From Comamonadaceae bacterium (GTDB taxonomy: Bacteria; Pseudomonadota; Gammaproteobacteria; Burkholderiales; Burkholderiaceae_C): a DNA stretch of 53,728 nt. Both the position numbers and the translations under genes were made by a program. The stretch spans positions 1 through 53,728 of the forward strand of contig CANFMY010000001.1 in assembly GCA_947448375.1 (NCBI GenBank). The letters run 5' to 3'. Below are positions 38,604 through 49,945 of this stretch, in pieces; the first letter of the stretch is position 1; each line of letters opens with the position of its first letter. The notes under the pieces were generated by a model, which worked only from the letters and a program-made list of their open reading frames with translations, was not told the origin of the DNA and did not search any database.

Positions 38604-39781
38604 TGGATTTGCTCTTTACCGCCGAAGAAGAGGCGTTTCGTCAGGAGGTACGCGCCTGGGTGCGTGCCAACCTGCCAGCCGAGACATCGCACAAGGTGCA
38701 CAACGCCTTGCGTCTGAGCCGTGACGACATGCAGAACTGGTCCAAGATTCTGGGCCGCAAGGGCTGGCTGGGCTACAACTGGCCGACGCAGTTCGGCGGG
38801 CCGGGCTGGACGGCGGTGCAAAAACATTTGTTCGAGGAAGAATGCGCCCTGGCCGGTGCACCGCGCATCCTGCCCTTTGGACCCGTGATGGTGGCGCCCG
38901 TCATCATGGCCTTCGGCAACGCCGAGCAGCACCAGCGCTTTCTGCCGGGCATCGCCAGCGGGGAGGTGTGGTGGAGCCAGGGTTACAGCGAGCCGGGTTC
39001 CGGCTCCGATCTGGCCTCTCTCAAGACCCGAGCCGAGCGCGTGGGCGACCACTACATCGTCAATGGCCAGAAAACCTGGACCACGCTGGGCCAGTTCGGT
39101 GAGTGGATCTTCTGCCTGGTGCGCACCAGCACCGAGGGCAAGCCGCAACTGGGCATTTCCTTCCTGCTGATCGACATGAAGTCACCCGGCGTGAAAGTGC
39201 GCCCGATTCGCCTGCTCGACGGCGAGTGCGAGGTCAACGAGGTGTTCTTTGACAACGTCAAGGTGCCGGCCGAGAACCTGATTGGCGAAGAAAACAAGGG
39301 CTGGACCTACGCCAAGCATTTGCTGGCGCACGAGCGCACCAACATCGCCGACGTCAACCGCGCCAAGCGCGAACTCGAGCGGGTCAAGCGCATCGCCAAG
39401 GCCGAGGGCATGTACGACGACATGCGCTTTCGCGACGAGATCGCCCGGCTCGAGGTCGATGTCGTGGCGCTGGAGATGATGGTGCTGCGCGTGCTCTCGG
39501 CCGAAAAGTCGGGCAAGCAGTCGCTGGACATCGCCGGCCTCTTGAAGATTCGTGGCAGCGAAATTCAGCAGCGCTACGCCGAACTCATGATGCTGGCCGC
39601 TGGCCCCTACAGCCTGCCCTTCATTCAGGAGGCGATGGACGCGGGTTGGCAGGGTGACCAGGTGGGTGCGCTGCATTGCGCACCGCTGGCGGCCAACTAC
39701 TTCAACATGCGCAAGACCACCATTTACGGCGGCTCCAACGAGGTGCAGCGCAACATCGTGGCGCAAACCGTGCTCGGCTGA
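38603..39781 (+). CDS. Acyl-CoA dehydrogenase (PimC-like large subunit)
   Basis: WWSQGYSEPGSGSDLASL, NGQKTWTT, NEVFFD, GEENKGW, IYGGSNEVQRNI. Confidence 0.93.
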   Translation: MDLLFTAEEEAFRQEVRAWVRANLPAETSHKVHNALRLSRDDMQNWSKILGRKGWLGYNWPTQFGGPGWTAVQKHLFEEECALAGAPRILPFGPVMVAPVIMAFGNAEQHQRFLPGIASGEVWWSQGYSEPGSGSDLASLKTRAERVGDHYIVNGQKTWTTLGQFGEWIFCLVRTSTEGKPQLGISFLLIDMKSPGVKVRPIRLLDGECEVNEVFFDNVKVPAENLIGEENKGWTYAKHLLAHERTNIADVNRAKRELERVKRIAKAEGMYDDMRFRDEIARLEVDVVALEMMVLRVLSAEKSGKQSLDIAGLLKIRGSEIQQRYAELMMLAAGPYSLPFIQEAMDAGWQGDQVGALHCAPLAANYFNMRKTTIYGGSNEVQRNIVAQTVLG

Positions 39782-39804
39782 CCCGCACGCAACCAGGACA
39801 CATC

Positions 39805-40920
39805 ATGGATTTCAATTTTTCCGACGATCAAGAGCAGCTGCGTGACGCCGTCAGCAAATGGGTCGAGCGCGGCTATGACTTCGATCGCCGTCGTGGCATC
39901 ACGGCGGCCGGTGGTTTTTCGCGCGACGCCTACAACGAACTGGCCGAACTCGGTCTCACCGGCTTGACCCTGGCCGAATCGCTGGGCGGCCTGGGCATGG
40001 GCCCGGTCGAGAGCATGGTGGTGATGGAGTCGCTGGGGCACGGCATCGTGCTCGAGCCTCTGGCGCAAACCTTGATGGCGGGCGTGCTGCTGTCGCACTA
40101 CGCCACGCCGGCTGTCCAGCAGGCCTGGAGCGGGCCGCTGGCCACAGGCGAGGCCCTGCTGGTGCTCGCCACCCAAGAGCGCAAGAACCGCTATCACCTG
40201 AACCTCTGCGAGACCCAGGCCACGCGACAGGGCGACGGCTGGGTGATCACCGGCGGCAAGAGCATCGTGCCGGTGGCCGACCAAGCCGACGCCTTCATCG
40301 TGCCCGCCATGGCGCAAGGCCAGCTGGGCCTGTTTGTGGTGGCGCGCTCGGTCTCCGGTGTTGAGGCACGCGGTTATCTGACGCAAGACGGTGGCCGTGC
40401 CGGCGAGGTGACGTTCAAGTCGGCCCCGGCGCAGTGCCTCACCGAGGACGGTCTGCCGGCCCTGGAGCATGCCGTGGACGTGGGCATCGCTGCGCTGTGC
40501 GCCGAAGCCATTGGCGTGATGGACAAGACCATGGCCGTGACGGTGGAGTACCTCAACACCCGCAAGCAGTTTGGTGTGACCATCGGCAGCTTCCAGGCCT
40601 TGCGTCACCGCGTGGCCGACATGAAGATGCAACTCGAACTGGCACGCTCCATGAGCTACTACGCCAGCCTCAAGCTGTCCTTCCCCGCCGAAGAGCGGCG
40701 TGCGGCCATCAGCCGTGCCAAATTCCAGTTGGGCAACTCGATGCGTTTTGTGGGCCAGCAAGCGGTGCAGTTGCACGGCGGCATTGGCGTGACGGACGAG
40801 TACATCGTGAGCCACTACTTCAAGCGTCTGACCCAGATGGAGATGACGTTTGGCGACACGCTGCATCACCTGGGTGAAGTGTCGGCACGGATGCAGGACA
40901 CGGCAGGCGTCTTCGCCTGA
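39805..40920 (+). CDS. Acyl-CoA dehydrogenase (PimD-like small subunit)
   Basis: MDFNFSDDQ, RKQFG...GSFQALRHR, QLHGGIGVTDEY. Confidence 0.92.
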   Translation: MDFNFSDDQEQLRDAVSKWVERGYDFDRRRGITAAGGFSRDAYNELAELGLTGLTLAESLGGLGMGPVESMVVMESLGHGIVLEPLAQTLMAGVLLSHYATPAVQQAWSGPLATGEALLVLATQERKNRYHLNLCETQATRQGDGWVITGGKSIVPVADQADAFIVPAMAQGQLGLFVVARSVSGVEARGYLTQDGGRAGEVTFKSAPAQCLTEDGLPALEHAVDVGIAALCAEAIGVMDKTMAVTVEYLNTRKQFGVTIGSFQALRHRVADMKMQLELARSMSYYASLKLSFPAEERRAAISRAKFQLGNSMRFVGQQAVQLHGGIGVTDEYIVSHYFKRLTQMEMTFGDTLHHLGEVSARMQDTAGVFA

Positions 40921-41026
40921 ATCCACAGACCGGTTGCAGCCGGTGCCCGGGGGGCACCCGGGCGTTGGAACACCCGGCGTGGGGAGCCGGACCCGACGTG
41001 GGGCAACACAATGGGACAATAGCCCC

Positions 41027-42316
41027 ATGCACCCCAAAGCCTTACTCGAGGCCTGCGCCGAACTGGTCGGCCAGGCCCTCAAACTCGACCACCCCGCCGA
41101 TGCGGTGGTGTCGCGCTATTTCCGCGAGCAGCGCAAGCGCCTGCAACTGGGCCCGCGCGAGCGCGCCACCCTCGCCGAAACCACCTACCAGGTCTTGCGG
41201 CATAAGTTGCGCTACGACCACTTTCTGCCCTCCGGTTCGGGTCCGCGTGAGCGTCGCTGGGCGATTCTGGGTTTGCACGATCACTTGCAGCCGCAAGGCC
41301 AGGCCGAGTGGTTGCGGGCGGCACTGAGCGACAACGAAAAAGCCTGGCTGGACGCGTGCCTGCAAATCAACACCGACGACTTGCTCGAACGCCATCGCCA
41401 CAACCTGCCGGAGTGGCTGGTGGCGCCGCTCAAGGCGCAACTGGGCAACGAGTTCTGGCCCCTGGTGGCCAGTCTGGAGCAAACGGCGGCGCTGGACCTG
41501 CGCGTCAACGCCTGGCGTGCCAAGCGCGAGACGATCCAGGCCGAGCTCAAGACCGCGGGTCTCAAGGCCACGCCAACGCCGTATTCGCCCTGGGGCTTGC
41601 GCGTGCAAGGCAAGCCCTCGCTGTCCAGCGTGGAAGCCTTTGTGCGGGGTGACATCGAGGTGCAGGATGAGGGCTCGCAACTGCTCTCCCTGCTGGTGGA
41701 CCCCAAACGGGGCGAGATGGTGGTGGATTTTTGCGCGGGCGCCGGGGGCAAGACCCTGGCCCTGGGCGCGGCCATGCGCAGCACCGGGCGGCTGTATGCG
41801 TTTGACACCTCGGCGCATCGGCTCGAGGCGTTCAAACCCCGCCTGGCGCGCAGCGGCCTGTCCAACGTGCACCCCGCGGCCATTGCCCATGAGCGGGACG
41901 ACCGCATCAAGCGCCTGGCGGGCAAGATCGACCGGGTGCTGGTGGACGCGCCCTGCTCGGGTCTGGGCACGCTACGACGCAACCCCGACCTCAAATGGCG
42001 CCAATCCCCCCAGAGCGTGGCCGAACTCACCGCCAAGCAGACGGCCATCCTGGCCAGCGCGGCCCGGCTGTTGAAGTCAGGCGGGCGTCTGGTTTATGCC
42101 ACCTGCAGCCTGTTGCCGGAGGAAAACGAAGCCATCGCCCAGGCCTTCAGCGCCAGCCACCCCGGATGGACACCCGTGCCGGTGGCCGAACTGCTCGACA
42201 GCCTCAAAGTTCCGCAAGCCGCATCGCTGTGCACCGCCGACGGCCTGTACCTGCGTCTGTGGCCGCATCGGCACGGCAGTGACGGCTTCTTTGCATCTGT
42301 CTGGCAAGCGCCGTAA
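41027..42316 (+). CDS. RsmB/NOP family RNA m5C methyltransferase
   Basis: EVQDEGSQ, VDFCAGAGGKT, DAPCSGLG, YATCS, HGSDGFF. Confidence 0.92.
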   Translation: MHPKALLEACAELVGQALKLDHPADAVVSRYFREQRKRLQLGPRERATLAETTYQVLRHKLRYDHFLPSGSGPRERRWAILGLHDHLQPQGQAEWLRAALSDNEKAWLDACLQINTDDLLERHRHNLPEWLVAPLKAQLGNEFWPLVASLEQTAALDLRVNAWRAKRETIQAELKTAGLKATPTPYSPWGLRVQGKPSLSSVEAFVRGDIEVQDEGSQLLSLLVDPKRGEMVVDFCAGAGGKTLALGAAMRSTGRLYAFDTSAHRLEAFKPRLARSGLSNVHPAAIAHERDDRIKRLAGKIDRVLVDAPCSGLGTLRRNPDLKWRQSPQSVAELTAKQTAILASAARLLKSGGRLVYATCSLLPEENEAIAQAFSASHPGWTPVPVAELLDSLKVPQAASLCTADGLYLRLWPHRHGSDGFFASVWQAP

Positions 42317-42358
42317 AATCGGCGGTGTTGCCAATTCACCCTTTTGGGTTACTTTTAC

Positions 42359-43570
42359 ATGTTTGCACATAACTCCCCCTGGCTCGACGCGCTGGTGCAG
42401 TGGCTGGGCCACGGTCTGTTGGGTTTCAGCGGCTGGCAGGTTCTCGTCTACACCCTGGTGACCACGCACATCACGATTGCGGCGGTCACCATCTTTTTGC
42501 ACCGGCACCAGGCGCATCGCTCGCTGGACCTGCACGGGGTGCCGTCGCACTTCTTTCGCTTCTGGCTGTGGGTGAGCACCGGCATGCAGACCAAGGCCTG
42601 GGCCGCCATTCATCGCAAGCACCACGCCAAATGTGAAACCCCTGACGACCCGCACAGCCCGCAAACACGCGGCCTGAAAACGGTCTTCTGGCGCGGCGCC
42701 GAGCTGTACCGTGCCGAGGCCAACAATGCTGAGACCCTGGCCAAATTTGGTCATGGCACCCCGAACGACTGGATCGAGCGCAACATCTACACCCGCCTGC
42801 CCTGGCAGGGCGTGGGCCTGATGCTGGTGGTCAACCTGGCCCTCTTTGGTGCCCTGGGTCTGTCGGTCTGGGCCGTGCAAATGCTCTGGATTCCCGTCAC
42901 CGCAGCGGGCATCATCAACGGCGTGGGCCACTACTGGGGCTACCGCAACTTTGAAGCGGCGGACGCCAGCACCAACATCTCGCCCTGGGGCATCATCATC
43001 GGCGGTGAGGAGTTGCACAACAACCACCACACCTACCCGACCTCGGCCAAGCTGTCGGTCAAGTCGTACGAGTTCGACATCGGTTGGCTCTACATCCGCA
43101 TCCTCGAAACCCTGGGCCTGGCCACCGTCAAGAAGACCCCCCCGAAGCTGGCCTACGGCGACGTGCAGCCGCAAGCGGACGTCAACACCCTGGAAGCCCT
43201 CATCGCCAACCGCTACGAGGTCATGGCGGGTTACGCGCGCCAGCTGCGCGAAGCCTGCCGCCAGGAGCTGCAAGGCCTGCCCCAGCGACCCGCCGAGGCT
43301 GTCAGCCAGGCTGCCCGTCGCTGGATGCACCGCGATCTGGAAAAAGTGCCCGCAGCGGTTCGTGCCCAACTCGAAGCCGCCCGTGCCGCTCTGCCCACCG
43401 TCGACACCATGGTGCGCATGCGCGAAGAGCTGCGTCAGCTGTGGCTCTCCACCAACCGCTCCAGAGACCAGCTGGCCGTCGACCTGCAAGCCTGGTGTCG
43501 TCGTGCCGAAGACAGCGGTATTGCCGCGCTGCATGATTTTTCCGTGCGCCTGCGCGCTGCCCGGGCCTGA
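42359..43570 (+). CDS. desA: DesA-family (delta-9-like) fatty acid desaturase with C-terminal helical tail
   Basis: His boxes HRHQAH, HRKHH and HNNHH, plus DPHSP and GGEE. Confidence 0.9.
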   Translation: MFAHNSPWLDALVQWLGHGLLGFSGWQVLVYTLVTTHITIAAVTIFLHRHQAHRSLDLHGVPSHFFRFWLWVSTGMQTKAWAAIHRKHHAKCETPDDPHSPQTRGLKTVFWRGAELYRAEANNAETLAKFGHGTPNDWIERNIYTRLPWQGVGLMLVVNLALFGALGLSVWAVQMLWIPVTAAGIINGVGHYWGYRNFEAADASTNISPWGIIIGGEELHNNHHTYPTSAKLSVKSYEFDIGWLYIRILETLGLATVKKTPPKLAYGDVQPQADVNTLEALIANRYEVMAGYARQLREACRQELQGLPQRPAEAVSQAARRWMHRDLEKVPAAVRAQLEAARAALPTVDTMVRMREELRQLWLSTNRSRDQLAVDLQAWCRRAEDSGIAALHDFSVRLRAARA

Positions 43571-43666
43571 GCATTCACGGCACTCAACGGCTGATCAGCC
43601 CTCTCTCACGCTCTCGCTCTCGTTTGAAGACCAACCACCACGACGCGGCCCATTGACCCGCCCAAT

Positions 43667-43705
43667 AAAAAACCCACTCCAGGCCAACGCCCGAGTGGGT
43701 TTTTT
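43667..43705. terminator. Bidirectional Rho-independent terminator between desA and rpmG
   Basis: AAAAAACCCACTC-(13 nt)-GAGTGGGTTTTTT between convergent genes. Confidence 0.85.
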
Positions 43706-43753
43706 GTGGAGCTCCAGCTGAGGCAGCCAGGAGCCCCCAGGAAAACCGCCGAA

Positions 43754-43924
43754 TTACTTCAGCTTGGTTTCTTTGTATTCGACGTGCTTGCGAGCCTTCG
43801 GATCAAATTTCATGATCGTCATTTTCTCGGGCATGGTCTTCTTGTTCTTGCTGGTCGTGTAGAAGTGACCGGTACCGGCCGTGGATTCCAGCTTGATTTT
43901 CTCGCGTCCGCCTTTGGATGCCAT
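43754..43924 (-). CDS. rpmG: 50S ribosomal protein L33
   Basis: Manual translation [56 protein letters not shown] (56 aa, absent from the ORF track). Cys-free form. Confidence 0.97.
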   Translation of the reverse strand: MASKGGREKIKLESTAGTGHFYTTSKNKKTMPEKMTIMKFDPKARKHVEYKETKLK

Positions 43925-43950
43925 GATCGTGTCCTTTCAGTGAATGGGGT

Positions 43951-44184
43951 TCAGGCTTGGCCACGTGCGCGCAAGTCGGCGAGCACGGCGTCAATGCCAT
44001 TTTTGTCGATCAGACGCAGGGCGGCGCTGGAGACGCGCAGACGCACCCAACGGTTCTCGCTCTCGACCCAGAAACGGCGGTATTGCAGATTGGGCATGAA
44101 ACGACGCTTGGTCTTGTTGTTGGCGTGGGAAACGTTGTTACCCACCATCGGGCCTTTGCCCGTTACTTCACATACGCGTGCCAT
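43951..44184 (-). CDS. rpmB: 50S ribosomal protein L28
   Basis: [34 protein letters not shown]. Confidence 0.98.
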   Translation of the reverse strand: MARVCEVTGKGPMVGNNVSHANNKTKRRFMPNLQYRRFWVESENRWVRLRVSSAALRLIDKNGIDAVLADLRARGQA

Positions 44185-44291
44185 GTGGACACTCCATAAA
44201 ACGGCCGGTGGCTGACGCCAGGGCCTGACCTCGCCTGATAGGGGGGCGGTATCCCCGGTCGATCCCTCACGGGGGCGACACGAAACCCAAG

Positions 44292-44297
44292 ATTATA
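44292..44297 (-). promoter_or_regulatory. Consensus -10 element (TATAAT) of the rpmB-rpmG promoter
   Basis: Perfect TATAAT on the minus strand just downstream of the trxB stop, about 108 nt upstream of rpmB. Confidence 0.65.
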
Positions 44298-44302
44298 GCG
44301 CG

Positions 44303-45493
<1,191 letters not shown>

Positions 45494-45505
45494 TCACACC
45501 CTGAC

Positions 45506-47839
45506 ATGACCTACTCGTTGCACACCCTTCAGAAGGACGCGCCTGTCCAGACCCCGATCACGGGATTTCGCCGATTTGCCCAGGAAATTGCCCTCACGGC
45601 CGGTTTCGTTTTTCTGGCGTTCTGGTTCCTGGCGTTGGTGACGCACTCCAACGCAGACCCGGCCTGGACCACGTCGGGCACTCAGGGTGTGGTGCGTAAC
45701 TGGGGCGGACGGCTGGGCGCCTGGCTGGGCGACCTCAGTTTTTTACTGGTGGGCTACTCCGTGTGGTGGTGCTATCTCGCGGCCCTGACCACCTGGCTGA
45801 CCTCGTTGGCCCAGCGCCTGCGTGGGGACGACGAGGCCCTGGACGAACCGTCGGGCTGGATGCACACCCCCTGGGCCTTCTGGACGGGCCTGGTGTTGCT
45901 GATGATTTCCAGCACCGGCCTGGAGTGGACGCGCCTGTATCGATTTGACGACCATCTGCCCGGTCTGCACGCTGGCGGTGCCGTGGGGTATCTGGTGGGC
46001 TCGCACGGCCTGCAGTGGCTGGGCTTCAATGGCTCGGCCATGGTGTTCATCGTGTTTTTGCTGGTGGGTGCCTCCTGGGTGTTTCGCTTCACCTGGCTGG
46101 GGCTGGCCGAGTCGCTGGGCGAACTGATCGATGATCTGTGGGAGCGACTGCAGGAAAAGCGCGAGATGGCGCAGGACCTGGCCATGGGGCAGGCGGCCGC
46201 CAAAGAGCGCGAGGAGGTGGCACACGAAGTTCGCGAGGACATCGAGATCCACAAGCCTGCGCCGGTGCTGATCCTCGAGCCCGAAGTGGTTGAAATTCCC
46301 AAGAGCACGCGCGTGGCCCGCGAGCGTCAAAAGCCGCTCTTCAGCGACATGCCCGATTCGCGTCTGCCGCAAGTCGATCTGCTCGACGCCAACACCGGCC
46401 GCCAGGACACGGTGCCCGCCGACACGCTGGAGATGACCAGCCGCCTGATCGAGAAAAAACTCAAGGACTTCGGCGTCGAGGTGCACGTGGTGGCGGCCTC
46501 TCCCGGCCCGGTGATCACGCGCTACGAAATCGAACCGGCCACGGGCGTCAAGGGCTCGCAGATCGTCAACCTGGCCAAAGACCTCGCACGCTCACTGAGC
46601 CTGGTGTCGATCCGGGTGGTCGAAACCATACCCGGCAAGAACTACATGGCACTGGAGTTGCCCAACGCCAAGCGACAGTCGATCCGCCTGTCGGAAATTT
46701 TGGGCTCGCAGGTGTACAACGAAGCCAAGTCGCTGCTCACCATGGGCCTGGGCAAGGACATCGTGGGCAACCCCATCGTGGCCGACCTGGCCAAGATGCC
46801 GCACGTGCTGGTGGCCGGCACCACCGGCTCGGGCAAATCGGTGGGCATCAACGCCATGATCCTCTCGCTGCTGTACAAGGCCGAGGCTCGCGATGTGCGC
46901 TTGCTCATGATCGACCCCAAGATGCTGGAGATGTCGGTCTACGAGGGCATCCCGCACCTGCTGGCACCGGTGGTGACCGACATGCGGCAGGCGGCGCACG
47001 GCCTGAATTGGTGTGTGGCCGAGATGGAGCGCCGCTACAAGCTCATGAGCAAGCTGGGCGTGCGCAACCTGGCGGGCTACAACACCAAGATCGACGACGC
47101 CACGGCGGCCGAGACGTCCATCCCCAACCCCTTCAGCCTCACGCCCGATCAGCCCGAACCGCTGGAGCGTTTGCCGCACATCGTGGTCGTTATCGATGAA
47201 CTGGCCGACCTGATGATGGTGGTGGGCAAGAAGATCGAAGAACTGATTGCCCGTCTCGCCCAAAAGGCGCGGGCAGCGGGCATTCACCTGATTCTGGCCA
47301 CGCAGCGCCCCAGTGTGGACGTGATCACCGGCCTCATCAAGGCCAACATCCCCACCCGCATTGCCTTCCAGGTCAGCAGCAAGATCGACAGCCGCACCAT
47401 CCTCGACCAGATGGGGGCCGAGGCCTTGCTCGGCATGGGCGACATGCTGTATCAGGCCAGCGGCACCGGCTTGCCGGTGCGCGTGCATGGTGCCTTTGTG
47501 AGTGACGAGGAAGTCCACCGCGTGGTGAGCTACCTCAAGACACAAGGCGAGGCCAACTACATCGAGGGCGTGCTCGAAGGCGGCACGGTCGATGGCGAAG
47601 GTGGCGAGGTGGGCGACCTGTTTGGTGACGGTGGGGGCGAGAAGGACCCGATGTACGACCAGGCGGTCGAGGTGGTGCTCAAGAACCGCAAGGCCAGCAT
47701 CTCGCTGGTGCAACGCCATCTGAAGATTGGTTACAACCGCGCGGCTCGACTGGTCGAGGACATGGAGAAGGCGGGTCTGGTCAGCGCCATGAGTGGCAGC
47801 GGTCAGCGCGAAATCCTGGTGCCCGCGAGGGCGGAATGA
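45506..47839 (+). CDS. ftsK: DNA translocase FtsK
   Basis: N-terminal 4TM domain, GPVITRYE, Walker [25 protein letters not shown], gamma domain [18 protein letters not shown]. Confidence 0.97.
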   Translation: MTYSLHTLQKDAPVQTPITGFRRFAQEIALTAGFVFLAFWFLALVTHSNADPAWTTSGTQGVVRNWGGRLGAWLGDLSFLLVGYSVWWCYLAALTTWLTSLAQRLRGDDEALDEPSGWMHTPWAFWTGLVLLMISSTGLEWTRLYRFDDHLPGLHAGGAVGYLVGSHGLQWLGFNGSAMVFIVFLLVGASWVFRFTWLGLAESLGELIDDLWERLQEKREMAQDLAMGQAAAKEREEVAHEVREDIEIHKPAPVLILEPEVVEIPKSTRVARERQKPLFSDMPDSRLPQVDLLDANTGRQDTVPADTLEMTSRLIEKKLKDFGVEVHVVAASPGPVITRYEIEPATGVKGSQIVNLAKDLARSLSLVSIRVVETIPGKNYMALELPNAKRQSIRLSEILGSQVYNEAKSLLTMGLGKDIVGNPIVADLAKMPHVLVAGTTGSGKSVGINAMILSLLYKAEARDVRLLMIDPKMLEMSVYEGIPHLLAPVVTDMRQAAHGLNWCVAEMERRYKLMSKLGVRNLAGYNTKIDDATAAETSIPNPFSLTPDQPEPLERLPHIVVVIDELADLMMVVGKKIEELIARLAQKARAAGIHLILATQRPSVDVITGLIKANIPTRIAFQVSSKIDSRTILDQMGAEALLGMGDMLYQASGTGLPVRVHGAFVSDEEVHRVVSYLKTQGEANYIEGVLEGGTVDGEGGEVGDLFGDGGGEKDPMYDQAVEVVLKNRKASISLVQRHLKIGYNRAARLVEDMEKAGLVSAMSGSGQREILVPARAE

Positions 47840-48504
47840 CGCGCCGCGCGGCACCCGCATTGCTCGCCCTGGCCGCGCTGGCCGCGATGGCGTGGGCCGG
47901 CGCGGTGCGAGCCGACAGCCTCGAGACCCTGGGTCAGTTTTTACAGGGCACCCGCAGCGCTCGCGCAGAGTTCACGCAGACGGTGCAATTGCCACCGCGC
48001 GATGGACAGGCACAGCGCCCCAAAGTGTCGAACGGGTTGTTTGCCTTTCAGCGTCCGGCCCGTTTCCGTTTCGAATACCTACGTCCGTACCCTCAGTTGC
48101 TGGTGGGGGACGGCACCACGTTGTGGGTGTATGACGTCGACCTGGCCCAGGTGACAGCACGACCTCAGGACAAGGCCCTGGCCTCCACGCCGGTGGCGCT
48201 GATTGCCGCGGCCACGGACCTCAATGCCTTGCAACGCGACTTTCAACTGCTGGCGCAGCCGGAGCAAGACGGCTTGCACTGGGTGCAGGCCACGCCACGT
48301 GCCCGCGAGGCGGGCGTGCAAAGCCTGCGCGTGGGCTTGCGCCCGGGCGAGCGCGGTGTCGCGATGGAACGCCTGGAGATTGTCGACGCCATGGGGCAAC
48401 GCTCGCTGTTGCAATTCACCCGCATCGAAACCAATCCACCGGGGCTGGGGTCAGCGGCGTTTCAGTTCACGACCCCGCCCAAAGTCGAGGTGATCCGGCC
48501 ATGA
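47836..48504 (+). CDS. lolA: Outer-membrane lipoprotein chaperone LolA
   Basis: Signal peptide, [30 protein letters not shown]. Located between ftsK and rarA. Confidence 0.92.
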   Translation: MTRRAAPALLALAALAAMAWAGAVRADSLETLGQFLQGTRSARAEFTQTVQLPPRDGQAQRPKVSNGLFAFQRPARFRFEYLRPYPQLLVGDGTTLWVYDVDLAQVTARPQDKALASTPVALIAAATDLNALQRDFQLLAQPEQDGLHWVQATPRAREAGVQSLRVGLRPGERGVAMERLEIVDAMGQRSLLQFTRIETNPPGLGSAAFQFTTPPKVEVIRP

Positions 48505-49877
48505 GTCGAGCCGACGCGGCAGGGCTGGCGGGTGGGCCGGGGGCAGCCGGGTCGGCCCACGACGACTTGTTCGGGCGTGATACGCCTGCGCCGCCGCTGG
48601 CCGAGGCCTTGCGTCCGCGCACCCTCGATGACGTGATCGGTCAGTCGCACCTGCTGGGCGAGGGCAAGCCCTTGCGCCTGGCGTTTCAGTCGGGCAAGCC
48701 GCATTCCATGATTCTGTGGGGCCCGCCCGGGGTGGGCAAGACCACCTTGGCGCGTCTCACGGCGCAAAGTTTTGAGGCGGAGTTCATTGCCCTGTCGGCG
48801 GTGTTCTCGGGGGTGAAGGACATCCGTGCCGCCATCGAACAGGCGCAGCAATCGCTGGCGCGCGGGCGCGCCACGCTGCTGTTCGTGGATGAAATTCACC
48901 GCTTCAACAAGTCGCAGCAAGATGCGCTGCTGCCCTACGCCGAGTCGGGTCTCATCACCTTCATTGGCGCCACCACCGAGAACCCGTCGTTCGAAGTGAA
49001 CTCGGCCTTGCTCTCGCGTGCGCAGGTGTATGTGCTCAAGCCGCTCACGGCGGATGAACTCAAGCTGCTGTGGCAGCGGGCCCAGGCCAAGGTGCTGACC
49101 GATCTGCAGATCGATGACGTGGCACTGGACACCCTGGTGGGCTACGCCGATGGCGATGCACGCCGCATGCTGAATCTGCTGGAGCAGTGTCACACGGCGG
49201 CTCGCACGCTGGGGCGCATGCAGGTGGATGCGGCATTTGTGCAAGAGGCCCTCACCCTCAATGCACGCCGTTTCGATAAAGGTGGCGACAACTTTTACGA
49301 CCAGATTTCGGCGTTGCACAAATCGGTGCGCGGCTCCGATCCGGACGCCTCGCTCTACTGGCTGTGCCGCATGCTCGACGGAGGTGCCGATCCGCGCTAT
49401 CTCTCGCGCCGCATCGTGCGCATGGCCTGGGAAGATATTGGACTGGCCGACCCGCGCGCCATGCAACTGGCCAACGATGCGGCCCTGACGTTCGAGCGAC
49501 TGGGGTCGCCCGAAGGCGAGTTGGCCCTGGGCCAGGCCGTGATCTACCTGGCCATGGCCCCCAAGAGCAACGCGGGCTACAACGCCTACAACCAGGCGCG
49601 TGCCTTCGTGCGCCAGGACCAGAGCCGCGAGGTGCCGGTGCACCTGCGCAACGCGCCCACCCGCTTGATGAAGGAGCTGGGCTACGGTCACGCCTACCGC
49701 TATGCCCATGACGAACCGCATGGGTATGCCGCAGGCGAAACGTATTTCCCCGAAGGCATGGAAAACCCCCGTTGGTATCAACCCGTGTCACGTGGCCTGG
49801 AAATCAAGATTGCAGAGAAAATGGCGTTTTTACGGCGCCTGGACGACGAGGCTGGCGAAGACGCCGGTTCGCGCTGA
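48501..49877 (+). CDS. rarA: Replication-associated recombination protein A (MgsA/RarA)
   Basis: PLAEALRP, WGPPGVGKTT, DEIHRFNKSQQD, ATTENPSF, ISALHKSVRGSD. Confidence 0.96.
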   Translation: MSRADAAGLAGGPGAAGSAHDDLFGRDTPAPPLAEALRPRTLDDVIGQSHLLGEGKPLRLAFQSGKPHSMILWGPPGVGKTTLARLTAQSFEAEFIALSAVFSGVKDIRAAIEQAQQSLARGRATLLFVDEIHRFNKSQQDALLPYAESGLITFIGATTENPSFEVNSALLSRAQVYVLKPLTADELKLLWQRAQAKVLTDLQIDDVALDTLVGYADGDARRMLNLLEQCHTAARTLGRMQVDAAFVQEALTLNARRFDKGGDNFYDQISALHKSVRGSDPDASLYWLCRMLDGGADPRYLSRRIVRMAWEDIGLADPRAMQLANDAALTFERLGSPEGELALGQAVIYLAMAPKSNAGYNAYNQARAFVRQDQSREVPVHLRNAPTRLMKELGYGHAYRYAHDEPHGYAAGETYFPEGMENPRWYQPVSRGLEIKIAEKMAFLRRLDDEAGEDAGSR

Positions 49878-49945
49878 ATCCCAGCCGCAACTCACGTGCC
49901 GTTCGCGCCCCCGCATCCACTCAACCTGAACCCTCACATCACAAC

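Noticed and set aside
42359-43570. Possible transposase or IS in the desA 3' half
   Set aside because: No DDE catalytic region, terminal inverted repeats or target duplication; it is continuous with the desaturase ORF.
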